Of a DNA stretch of 64,000 nucleotides, positions 12,833 through 27,319 are shown one piece after another. Position 1 is the first letter of the stretch. Every line of letters begins with the position of its first letter. Both the position numbers and the translations under genes were made by a program. The notes under the pieces are model-generated. The model made no database searches and was not told the DNA's origin. It saw only the letters and a list, made by a program, of their open reading frames with translations. Source of the DNA: Eledone cirrhosa (taxonomy: Eukaryota); NCBI GenBank assembly GCA_964016885.1, contig OZ024741.1:379564001-379628000 (forward strand). The letters are read 5' to 3'.

Positions 12833-14668
12833 GACTTTGACTTTGAAAACTTTGATAGGTTTCGGCCAGTATTGGCCCAGGCAATGTCTAACTTAATAGC
12901 ACCACCTGGCGAAGTCATACAAATCAGTGTTTGGGCACCATGGCCCACTCGAGCAGAGAGTTATTGTTTACGGAGGCATATCCGGGTGTAGGAGGTTTAT
13001 CCGCGATTTCTTGAAGGAATTTATCGAAAGACTTCTTCAACTTGATGTGGTCTGTCTCTGCTTTGATGTGTTTTGGTGTAATGTGCAGGGCCAATTGAAG
13101 TGAAATAAGTGTGCCGTATTGTTGTTATATGATGCGAGTGGGATTCGTGTCGTGGGCAGATAGCACAGGGCCCAAGCCTTGGGTGTACACTAAAGCTGAT
13201 GCCAACATCATTAGGGCTAAGCTGATGGAATATTTTCCACATCATATAGACGTTGAAGAGAATAAAGTTTGAGCTTTTCTAATCTACCCCAATAGTCAAG
13301 GCCTGTCATGCCAACTATCTTTTTTGTAATTGACCTTTGGGGTGCTTCAACTTTCATGATACTTTGTTTCGTGTGGGGTGACCACAGTTGAAAACAGTAT
13401 TCAAGGTGGGGTCGTGCAAAAGTGGAGAAGAGAAGGACAACAGTGTGGATATCTCTCGACTGGAAATTTATGAGAATCCAGGAACACACTCTGCGGGTCA
13501 TATCAACTTTGCTGTTTATATGAGTGGCCCAGCTTATATTGTTGTCCACAATTTCTTCCAGGTCTCTGATGTTATTGGAAGCCACCAGAATTTCACCCGA
13601 AGGAAGAGAGTATGGTAGTTTCAGGGCATCCTATTTTCCAAAGTGGATTAGTTCAAATTTATCCCCATTCTACAGCATATTATTCATCTCTGCCCATTGG
13701 ATAACAGCCATAGGTCTCACTGAAGGCAAGTCCTGTCACCCACCTCATTGATGACCCTTTGGAGCTTGGAATCACCTGCGAAGATTCTGATGTTGCTATG
13801 TTTGATGATGTCAGTAATGTCATTAATGTAGATGATGAAAAAAGTGGGCCCAACACAGTGCCTTGTGGGACGCCACTGCTGACTTTGGCAGGGCTTGATT
13901 TTACTCCTTCGACTACAACATGCTGGGTTCTGCCTGTCAGAAAACATTTGATCCTCTGGAGTAACCTTCCAGAGACACCAACACTGGATAGTTTTTTCAG
14001 TAGAATCTTATGATCAACCCTGTCGAAGGCCTTGCTGAAATCAAGGTAGATGACATCAGTGTTGGAGCCCTCTCCCAAGGCTCTCAAAACATCGTGAAAG
14101 TGATGCAGGAGCTGCGTTACGCAGTCCATTCCATTACGGAATCCATGTTGGTTGGAGTTCAGCAGGCCGTTGCTTTCAAGTAAGGGGGTTATTCGTGATC
14201 TCACCACCCTCTCAAATACATTGATAATATTTTGAGAGGTGAGTGAGATCGGAAGGTAGTTCACTGCAAGGGACTTATTTCCCTTTTTGAAGACTTGGAC
14301 AACGGACTGGGACAGAAATTTTCAGGAATATAGCCAGTGTTCAGTGAGTTCCTCCACAGACTACAAGAGGAGTTGCAAGTTGGTGTTGACACACCTTCAG
14401 GACACAAGCAGGGAACCTGTCGGGGCCTACTGCTGAATTGTGTTTAATTTCGTTTATTGCTGCTAAGACATCACGTGCGCCAAACGTTATATCTGATATA
14501 GTGTGTTGGGGGGTTAACATCACTGATACGGCCAAGATCGGTTATATCAGGGTTGCTGAAAACAGAGTAGTATTGTTTCTGCAGTATCTCGCCCATGGTT
14601 CTGGCATTGTCCTGGAGTGTGCCACTTTCATCAACTAGGTGGCCAACAGTGGAGACTTTAGCACTATT
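12833..14668 (-). mobile_element. CR1/Jockey-group LINE, 5'-truncated, disrupted RT
   Basis: NYLPISLTS, QHGFR, YLDFSKAFDRVDH, SGVPQGTVLGP, FAGDSKL, RPHLEYCFQLWSPH; (TCAAAG)-like tail. Confidence 0.9.
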
Positions 14669-15093
14669 AGGTAGCACTATATGGTAGCACTATTAGATGC
14701 TCCGTAATGTGGTAGAGTTAGTGCAAAATAAAAAGTATTGCCACCAATCTGTAATGGGTTAGGTCTTGTGCAACGATACATATCAATCTGCGCATCTTCT
14801 GAAGTTGTTTTGCTTGCACCTCGATTAGATTGTCTATGTACACATTGTAGAGAGCCTGGCATTAAACCGAAGAAACCCTGCAAAAATTGAAACGGATGAG
14901 CAACACGTAATCACCAGTGAGGTGTAGTTTGATTTACCTGATATCCTTCGAACTCGTGCAAGTATTGTAAATATAATTTAAACGTTGATGATCATAATTT
15001 ATAAACGGCGAACACTCCTCCACTTCCTCTTCGGCGTCATCCTAGTAAGTATTTGTACTTTTGCATACAGGTGTTTCTTTTGATTTATATTTT

Positions 15094-15150
<57 letters not shown>

Positions 15151-15283
15151 ATATATATGTGAATATAGACATAGAATATTCGAAAATATTCTGTATGTTT
15201 ATAATAAACATTTTGAAGACCTAATCGCTATAGAATAGAATACGTCACGTATTACAATTAGATTCTCGATAAAAGCAAGGGAA

Positions 15284-15326
15284 GTAATCTACGCGTTTCA
15301 TTCTTGTTAGAATTCATCAGGACTAC
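15284..15326 (-). ncRNA. Type I hammerhead ribozyme (first of 10 minus-strand copies, every 310 bp)
   Basis: Reverse complement of the motif at 18565-18607 (gtaatctacgcgtttcattcttgttagaattcatcaggactac). Confidence 0.9.
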
Positions 15327-18295
15327 ATATCCAGTGCTTTTATCGAGAATGACACAGCTAGAGACTTATAGAATACTTAGCTGTGTACAGGAACTGGTTT
15401 GAAAGAGCGGTTGCCGGTCCGGCAGAAATTAGAAATTGGAATAAATGCTCTGAAATAGCGATATATATGTGAATATAGACATAGAATATTCGAAAATATT
15501 CTGTATGTTTATAATAAACATTTTGAAGACCTAATCGCTATAGAATAGAATACGTCACGTATTACAATTAGATTCTCGATAAAAGCAAGGGAAGTAATCT
15601 ACGCGTTTCATTCTTGTTAGAATTCATCAGGACTACATATCCAGTGCTTTTATCGAGAATGACACAGCTAGAGACTTATAGAATACTTAGCTGTGTACAG
15701 GAACTGGTTTGAAAGAGCGGTTGCCGGTCCGGCAGAAATTAGAAATTGGAATAAATGCTCTGAAATAGCGATATATATGTGAATATAGACATAGAATATT
15801 CGAAAATATTCTGTATGTTTATAATAAACATTTTGAAGACCTAATCGCTATAGAATAGAATACGTCACGTATTACAATTAGATTCTCGATAAAAGCAAGG
15901 GAAGTAATCTACGCGTTTCATTCTTGTTAGAATTCATCAGGACTACATATCCAGTGCTTTTATCGAGAATGACACAGCTAGAGACTTATAGAATACTTAG
16001 CTGTGTACAGGAACTGGTTTGAAAGAGCGGTTGCCGGTCCGGCAGAAATTAGAAATTGGAATAAATGCTCTGAAATAGCGATATATATGTGAATATAGAC
16101 ATAGAATATTCGAAAATATTCTGTATGTTTATAATAAACATTTTGAAGACCTAATCGCTATAGAATAGAATACGTCACGTATTACAATTAGATTCTCGAT
16201 AAAAGCAAGGGAAGTAATCTACGCGTTTCATTCTTGTTAGAATTCATCAGGACTACATATCCAGTGCTTTTATCGAGAATGACACAGCTAGAGACTTATA
16301 GAATACTTAGCTGTGTACAGGAACTGGTTTGAAAGAGCGGTTGCCGGTCCGGCAGAAATTAGAAATTGGAATAAATGCTCTGAAATAGCGATATATATGT
16401 GAATATAGACATAGAATATTCGAAAATATTCTGTATGTTTATAATAAACATTTTGAAGACCTAATCGCTATAGAATAGAATACGTCACGTATTACAATTA
16501 GATTCTCGATAAAAGCAAGGGAAGTAATCTACGCGTTTCATTCTTGTTAGAATTCATCAGGACTACATATCCAGTGCTTTTATCGAGAATGACACAGCTA
16601 GAGACTTATAGAATACTTAGCTGTGTACAGGAACTGGTTTGAAAGAGCGGTTGCCGGTCCGGCAGAAATTAGAAATTGGAATAAATGCTCTGAAATAGCG
16701 ATATATATGTGAATATAGACATAGAATATTCGAAAATATTCTGTATGTTTATAATAAACATTTTGAAGACCTAATCGCTATAGAATAGAATACGTCACGT
16801 ATTACAATTAGATTCTCGATAAAAGCAAGGGAAGTAATCTACGCGTTTCATTCTTGTTAGAATTCATCAGGACTACATATCCAGTGCTTTTATCGAGAAT
16901 GACACAGCTAGAGACTTATAGAATACTTAGCTGTGTACAGGAACTGGTTTGAAAGAGCGGTTGCCGGTCCGGCAGAAATTAGAAATTGGAATAAATGCTC
17001 TGAAATAGCGATATATATGTGAATATAGACATAGAATATTCGAAAATATTCTGTATGTTTATAATAAACATTTTGAAGACCTAATCGCTATAGAATAGAA
17101 TACGTCACGTATTACAATTAGATTCTCGATAAAAGCAAGGGAAGTAATCTACGCGTTTCATTCTTGTTAGAATTCATCAGGACTACATATCCAGTGCTTT
17201 TATCGAGAATGACACAGCTAGAGACTTATAGAATACTTAGCTGTGTACAGGAACTGGTTTGAAAGAGCGGTTGCCGGTCCGGCAGAAATTAGAAATTGGA
17301 ATAAATGCTCTGAAATAGCGATATATATGTGAATATAGACATAGAATATTCGAAAATATTCTGTATGTTTATAATAAACATTTTGAAGACCTAATCGCTA
17401 TAGAATAGAATACGTCACGTATTACAATTAGATTCTCGATAAAAGCAAGGGAAGTAATCTACGCGTTTCATTCTTGTTAGAATTCATCAGGACTACATAT
17501 CCAGTGCTTTTATCGAGAATGACACAGCTAGAGACTTATAGAATACTTAGCTGTGTACAGGAACTGGTTTGAAAGAGCGGTTGCCGGTCCGGCAGAAATT
17601 AGAAATTGGAATAAATGCTCTGAAATAGCGATATATATGTGAATATAGACATAGAATATTCGAAAATATTCTGTATGTTTATAATAAACATTTTGAAGAC
17701 CTAATCGCTATAGAATAGAATACGTCACGTATTACAATTAGATTCTCGATAAAAGCAAGGGAAGTAATCTACGCGTTTCATTCTTGTTAGAATTCATCAG
17801 GACTACATATCCAGTGCTTTTATCGAGAATGACACAGCTAGAGACTTATAGAATACTTAGCTGTGTACAGGAACTGGTTTGAAAGAGCGGTTGCCGGTCC
17901 GGCAGAAATTAGAAATTGGAATAAATGCTCTGAAATAGCGATATATATGTGAATATAGACATAGAATATTCGAAAATATTCTGTATGTTTATAATAAACA
18001 TTTTGAAGACCTAATCGCTATAGAATAGAATACGTCACGTATTACAATTAGATTCTCGATAAAAGCAAGGGAAGTAATCTACGCGTTTCATTCTTGTTAG
18101 AATTCATCAGGACTACATATCCAGTGCTTTTATCGAGAATGACACAGCTAGAGACTTATAGAATACTTAGCTGTGTACAGGAACTGGTTTGAAAGAGCGG
18201 TTGCCGGTCCGGCAGAAATTAGAAATTGGAATAAATGCTCTGAAATAGCGATATATATGTGAATATAGACATAGAATATTCGAAAATATTCTGTA

Positions 18296-18385
18296 TGTTT
18301 ATAATAAACATGTTTATAATAAACATGTTTATAATAAACATGTTTATAATAAACATGTTTATAATAAACATGTTTATAATAAACA
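18296..18385. repeat. 6 x 15-bp near-palindromic repeat at the symmetry axis of the array
   Basis: (TGTTTATAATAAACA)6; the unit is a hairpin present once in every 310-bp monomer. Confidence 0.95.
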
Positions 18386-18564
18386 TACAGAATATTTTCG
18401 AATATTCTATGTCTATATTCACATATATATCGCTATTTCAGAGCATTTATTCCAATTTCTAATTTCTGCCGGACCGGCAACCGCTCTTTCAAACCAGTTC
18501 CTGTACACAGCTAAGTATTCTATAAGTCTCTAGCTGTGTCATTCTCGATAAAAGCACTGGATAT

Positions 18565-18607
18565 GTAGTCCTGATGAATTCTAACAAGAATGAAACGCGT
18601 AGATTAC
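18565..18607 (+). ncRNA. Type I hammerhead ribozyme (first of 7 plus-strand copies, every 310 bp)
   Basis: GTAGTC-CTGATGA-ATTCT(AACA)AGAAT-GAAA-CGCG-TA-GATTAC. Stem I GTAGTC/GATTAC (one G-U), intact CUGAUGA and GAAA, 5-bp stem II, palindromic minimal stem III, GUA cleavage triplet (cut after 18601). Confidence 0.9.
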
Positions 18608-20642
18608 TTCCCTTGCTTTTATCGAGAATCTAATTGTAATACGTGACGTATTCTATTCTATAGCGATTAGGTCTTCAAAATGTTTATTATAAACATACAG
18701 AATATTTTCGAATATTCTATGTCTATATTCACATATATATCGCTATTTCAGAGCATTTATTCCAATTTCTAATTTCTGCCGGACCGGCAACCGCTCTTTC
18801 AAACCAGTTCCTGTACACAGCTAAGTATTCTATAAGTCTCTAGCTGTGTCATTCTCGATAAAAGCACTGGATATGTAGTCCTGATGAATTCTAACAAGAA
18901 TGAAACGCGTAGATTACTTCCCTTGCTTTTATCGAGAATCTAATTGTAATACGTGACGTATTCTATTCTATAGCGATTAGGTCTTCAAAATGTTTATTAT
19001 AAACATACAGAATATTTTCGAATATTCTATGTCTATATTCACATATATATCGCTATTTCAGAGCATTTATTCCAATTTCTAATTTCTGCCGGACCGGCAA
19101 CCGCTCTTTCAAACCAGTTCCTGTACACAGCTAAGTATTCTATAAGTCTCTAGCTGTGTCATTCTCGATAAAAGCACTGGATATGTAGTCCTGATGAATT
19201 CTAACAAGAATGAAACGCGTAGATTACTTCCCTTGCTTTTATCGAGAATCTAATTGTAATACGTGACGTATTCTATTCTATAGCGATTAGGTCTTCAAAA
19301 TGTTTATTATAAACATACAGAATATTTTCGAATATTCTATGTCTATATTCACATATATATCGCTATTTCAGAGCATTTATTCCAATTTCTAATTTCTGCC
19401 GGACCGGCAACCGCTCTTTCAAACCAGTTCCTGTACACAGCTAAGTATTCTATAAGTCTCTAGCTGTGTCATTCTCGATAAAAGCACTGGATATGTAGTC
19501 CTGATGAATTCTAACAAGAATGAAACGCGTAGATTACTTCCCTTGCTTTTATCGAGAATCTAATTGTAATACGTGACGTATTCTATTCTATAGCGATTAG
19601 GTCTTCAAAATGTTTATTATAAACATACAGAATATTTTCGAATATTCTATGTCTATATTCACATATATATCGCTATTTCAGAGCATTTATTCCAATTTCT
19701 AATTTCTGCCGGACCGGCAACCGCTCTTTCAAACCAGTTCCTGTACACAGCTAAGTATTCTATAAGTCTCTAGCTGTGTCATTCTCGATAAAAGCACTGG
19801 ATATGTAGTCCTGATGAATTCTAACAAGAATGAAACGCGTAGATTACTTCCCTTGCTTTTATCGAGAATCTAATTGTAATACGTGACGTATTCTATTCTA
19901 TAGCGATTAGGTCTTCAAAATGTTTATTATAAACATACAGAATATTTTCGAATATTCTATGTCTATATTCACATATATATCGCTATTTCAGAGCATTTAT
20001 TCCAATTTCTAATTTCTGCCGGACCGGCAACCGCTCTTTCAAACCAGTTCCTGTACACAGCTAAGTATTCTATAAGTCTCTAGCTGTGTCATTCTCGATA
20101 AAAGCACTGGATATGTAGTCCTGATGAATTCTAACAAGAATGAAACGCGTAGATTACTTCCCTTGCTTTTATCGAGAATCTAATTGTAATACGTGACGTA
20201 TTCTATTCTATAGCGATTAGGTCTTCAAAATGTTTATTATAAACATACAGAATATTTTCGAATATTCTATGTCTATATTCACATATATATCGCTATTTCA
20301 GAGCATTTATTCCAATTTCTAATTTCTGCCGGACCGGCAACCGCTCTTTCAAACCAGTTCCTGTACACAGCTAAGTATTCTATAAGTCTCTAGCTGTGTC
20401 ATTCTCGATAAAAGCACTGGATATGTAGTCCTGATGAATTCTAACAAGAATGAAACGCGTAGATTACTTCCCTTGCTTTTATCGAGAATCTAATTGTAAT
20501 ACGTGACGTATTCTATTCTATAGCGATTAGGTCTTCAAAATGTTTATTATAAACATACAGAATATTTTCGAATATTCTATGTCTATATTCACATATATAT
20601 CGCTATTTCAGAGCATTTATTCCAATATATATATATATATAT

Positions 20643-21406
20643 ATATAAATATAAATTATCGAGAATCGCATTTCGGCCCACGAAATAACGAAAACAACCT
20701 CCGAGATATGTGGCAAATGCACAATGAATCGGATGAACCAGAGCTATAACAAACTTTAAAGGCCGAACACACTGAGACGATGGTTAAATAATCATTCGCA
20801 TAGCCAAAACAACGATCAAGTAATTCGGGTCAAACAAATAAAAATATCTGTGATTGAAAATATACCCGGACCCCTGGAAGGTTGGTAAAATCCACCATTT
20901 GGGTTCCTGCGGCTCCTAAATCAATTACTGTCCGCTAACATAAATAATGTTAGGCTTCTGGTAAGATGATTGAACAAGGAAGCCACTTTCTCAACAGGTT
21001 TTAGTTCAATGTTAATACAAGGACTGACTATTGCTGATCGCACGTGGGGATCGGCAAGGGGGGCAACCCCTATATCAGGCGAATGAATTCAGTTGTGTAT
21101 GTTATTGCAAAAATGCAAAAACATCACAAATAAAATAGAGTTCTCATCAGAAGGGTTAACATTAATATAAGCTATTGATCAGTCAATAGAATCAACTAAA
21201 AAATCAAAAAAATTAACTGGTCAATAGCTAGAGTCTGGAGATTAATATAAATATAAATTATCGAGAATCGCATTTCGGCCCACGGAATAACGAAAAACAA
21301 CCTCCGAGATGTGTGGCAAGTGCTCAATGATTCGGATGAACCAGAGCTATAACAAACGTTAAAGGCCGACCACACTGAGACGATGTTTAAACAATCATTC
21401 GCATAG

Positions 21407-21410
<4 letters not shown>
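20643..21410. repeat. Partial tandem repeat (~600-bp period) of an unclassified interspersed family
   Basis: 20643-20810 recurs at 21245-21410; a diverged inverted copy lies at ~55070-55300. Confidence 0.7.
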
Positions 21411-21483
<73 letters not shown>

Positions 21484-21538
21484 CTATATATATATATATA
21501 CAGAGATTCTTTGCTTAAACTTTAATCTGTTATTTTAG

Positions 21539-21585
<47 letters not shown>

Positions 21586-21708
21586 GTGTGTGTGTGTGTG
21601 TGTGTGTGAGTGTAGGTCCAAGATTATTGCGTCCGTAGATGGTATGCCTGCTGAGCACTCACTGTTCGCTCAGAGCAGTGTATAATAGTGTAATAATAAA
21701 AGAAAAAT

Positions 21709-21875
21709 GAATCTGTGTTGCATCATAACATATTTAATGACATATTACATATGTTTCACTGTCGATCAGATCGAGGAACGATCTATTATCGATCAATAAT
21801 GGATCGTTCCCCCAGGTTTTCGTCAGTGAAACGTATGTAATATGTATTTAAATATGTCATGATGTAACACAGATT
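21709..21875. repeat. Hairpin/MITE-like palindromic element
   Basis: aatctgtgttgcatcat...tttcactg / cagtgaaa...atgatgtaacacagatt arms with an inner ggaacgatc..gatcgttcc hairpin. Confidence 0.7.
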
Positions 21876-21926
21876 CTTTGTTAATTTATTTTTAAATAAT
21901 GGGTGTGTACATATATATATATAGTT

Positions 21927-22045
21927 TTAATATAGATGAGATTCTACAGGACTAGAACTGTTTCATTCTTGAGAAATCACCAGGATTCCTGGTGATTGCT
22001 CAAGAATGAAACAGTTCTAGTCCTCTAGAATCTCATCTATATTAA
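21927..22045. repeat. 119-bp palindrome made of two head-to-head hammerhead-derived arms
   Basis: Symmetric about 21986; each arm reads ctggtgatt(g/t)ctcaagaatGAAAcagttctagtcc; single arm with intact CTGATGA at 60918. Confidence 0.8.
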
Positions 22046-22120
22046 GACTTTTATACTCTGCTATGTATTGAGTACCTTACTTACTGTGGTCACCTCCGAT
22101 TCAACCTGGAATAATTTACC

Positions 22121-22189
<69 letters not shown>

Positions 22190-22415
22190 GGTGTAACAGA
22201 TTATTGTTATAGGTAGTCCACTTAAGTGTAGTCCAGTTATGGTACTCCAAGTAGTGGATGATATCAACACTTGGCTAAGTTTGACTCAACAAGGCGTTTT
22301 CATAGTGATGCTGAGAGTACGCGGTAATGTCCATGTTGTAAACACTTGGCGTATTGATAAATCAGAAAAGAAGAGTGACACTGTTTGCTATACAAAAAAG
22401 GTTTTTAATCTCATT

Positions 22416-22521
22416 GCTGACAATTGTTTCTCTGATCTGGTAGGTCTAGAGATCGCTACCCGCTTGTTTTCACATCATTCGATCACCAATACATAGTTGT
22501 CACCAGTCAATTCATCGGAGC
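22416..22521 (-). ncRNA. Degenerate hammerhead motif with long stem II (PLE terminus)
   Basis: Minus strand: gct-CCGATGA-...-GAAA-CAATTG-TC-agc; one core substitution. Confidence 0.45.
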
Positions 22522-23006
22522 TTGTGAGAATGAATGAAATATACAGGCATGGCTACTATATATAGTAGTAATTGCATTCAATCAGAACAATAACAACAAT
22601 ACTAACAATGCTAGCAATAAATTATTTGAAATAATCACAACATCAATCTAGGTGAGAAATATAGTATATCTACGATTTTAGCGTGTAAAACTAGCTAGCA
22701 TGAGGCAGATGTATAAAATTGCCATGTAAAAGCTGTCATGGGGTGTATTATATATAGTGTAAAGATAAGCCGGTGGCTTTAAACAATGTAGGTCTGGTGG
22801 CCGTAAGAATCATTTATTATCTGACAGAGGAAAAATCTATCACTCTAGTGAGGATAGTAATATATGTGGTGTTAGGTTCAATATTTATGTGGTCTATATT
22901 AGATGAAAGGGTTGTCTAGCGTTCTCATCATCAATAACATACATGTATAAGACAACATTAACAGAGTAGCAATATAATAGGCTAGTTAATACAGAGGTTA
23001 AGGTGG

Positions 23007-25324
<2,318 letters not shown>

Positions 25325-25380
25325 GAAAGAAGGTTTACATGGTTTGCTATACAAAAAAAGTTTTTAATCACATAGAATCC

Positions 25381-25565
<185 letters not shown>

Positions 25566-26607
25566 TATATATATATATTGCCTCCTTAACCTCTGTATTA
25601 ATTTGCCTATTATATTGCTACTCTGTTAATGTAGTCTTATACATGTATGTTAGTGATGATGAGAAAGCTAGACAACCCTTTCATCTAATATAGACCACAT
25701 AAATATTGGACCTCTTCTGGAGCGTTGTTTAGATACACCTATTGTACGCAGATAGTTGCTTAGACTAGATGCCATTACCGCAAATAATAGCTTTCTTTTA
25801 AGATTCTGAAGGGTGTAATTGGTCGAAGCTATCTGATATATGCTCCTTGCGGATATTCACCCCTCTCACTTTCGTCCACTTGCTAATCATATAAAATATC
25901 TTCCATGCCAGCTTGTAATCACTGTAATTTCTGGATTGTTCAAATCCTTTCGGATATTCGCAGCAGAAAACAAATAACTACATGCAAGCATGCTACAACT
26001 TGTTAATACCACCAGCCAACAACAGAGCTTCTATGCGATGTTTGACCTCCGAGAAACCTAATATTAATCCAGTCACATTTTTACAAAATGATTCATTGAA
26101 TAATGTATGTTGATTTATTCTGTCATTGACAAACATATGGATGGTTCATCTGAAAAGACAGATATACTTGCTGTTTTGAACGGGAGCTGACCCATTGCTG
26201 CAATATATTTATCAGAGTTATACTAAACAAGGACAGACCCATGGTTTATTTGTATCAAGAAAAAAATAACATCAACATCAACTGAAATAGTATAAAAAAG
26301 AAATTAATGTCATTTGGTAAAAGCAACATCTGATACCTCCGAGAAGGATGCAAGAATCTAAATTTGGCTCTGATTCTGAAAGTCATGGATATTGTATCAC
26401 AATGTATTTCTTAAAACGAGACGGCTGCCAAGCATTGGATGTGAAATCCTTGGAAAAAACGGAATAATATTGATTTATCGAAAACTAGGTTGGTAGGGTT
26501 GATATCTTACTGCAAAATAGGCTAAAACCTGAGATTAGATTGTTTCCTTCATGTTGAAATGAGTTTTACTTCTTCTGTGAGTATATCTGTCTCTCTATCT
26601 ATCTATC

Positions 26608-26657
<50 letters not shown>

Positions 26658-26681
26658 GATATAGATATATATATATATATG

Positions 26682-26871
<190 letters not shown>

Positions 26872-26921
26872 ATACATATACATATATATATATATATCTG
26901 TGTGTGTGTGTATCTGTCTAT

Positions 26922-26988
<67 letters not shown>

Positions 26989-27319
26989 GGGGGGGGTGTC
27001 TGTGTGTGTGTGTGTACGTGCGAACGCTTGTGTGTGCATGTGTCTGTCTGTTCACTTCCTTAATATTTATTCTCTGATTTTTTTTCTTCTCATTCAAGCA
27101 GAAGTTAATCTATAATGATTAATATGGTTGTTGCTGGCAAATCTCTGCAATAAGTGGTGTCTCCTTCAGTGGACACTGAATTCGTTTGAATGTTGCCAGC
27201 TGGCGTTGCCATGGACGGAAAGTATTAGTCGTTGAATATCAATCATGAGAGGAAGGGGGTCTATCTAATCATCACCATCATCATCATGAGCATTATCTTT
27301 ATTATTATTATTATTTGAA

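Larger units (their letters stand above)
15151..20626. mobile_element. Hammerhead-ribozyme tandem array (non-LTR retrozyme-like), 310-bp unit, palindromic organisation
   Basis: Units start at 15151, 15461, ... 17941 (10 full, period 310), with a partial at 18251. Six copies of TGTTTATAATAAACA follow (18296-18385), then reverse-complement units from 18431 to 20600 (7 full) and a partial to 20626. Each unit has a hammerhead core. Both flanks are (TA)n. Confidence 0.9.

Noticed and set aside
18219-18462. Identical 67-aa ORFs on both strands (MFIIN repeats)
   Set aside because: By-product of the palindrome axis and the 15-bp repeat.
15151-20626. CRISPR array
   Set aside because: Whole 310-bp units repeat with no variable spacers; eukaryotic context and no cas genes.
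21140-21155. CTGATGAG on the minus strand as a hammerhead
   Set aside because: No matching stem II/GAAA/stem III found nearby.
25713-26560. Unique-looking sequence as host exons
   Set aside because: No sustained ORF or recognisable protein motif on either strand.
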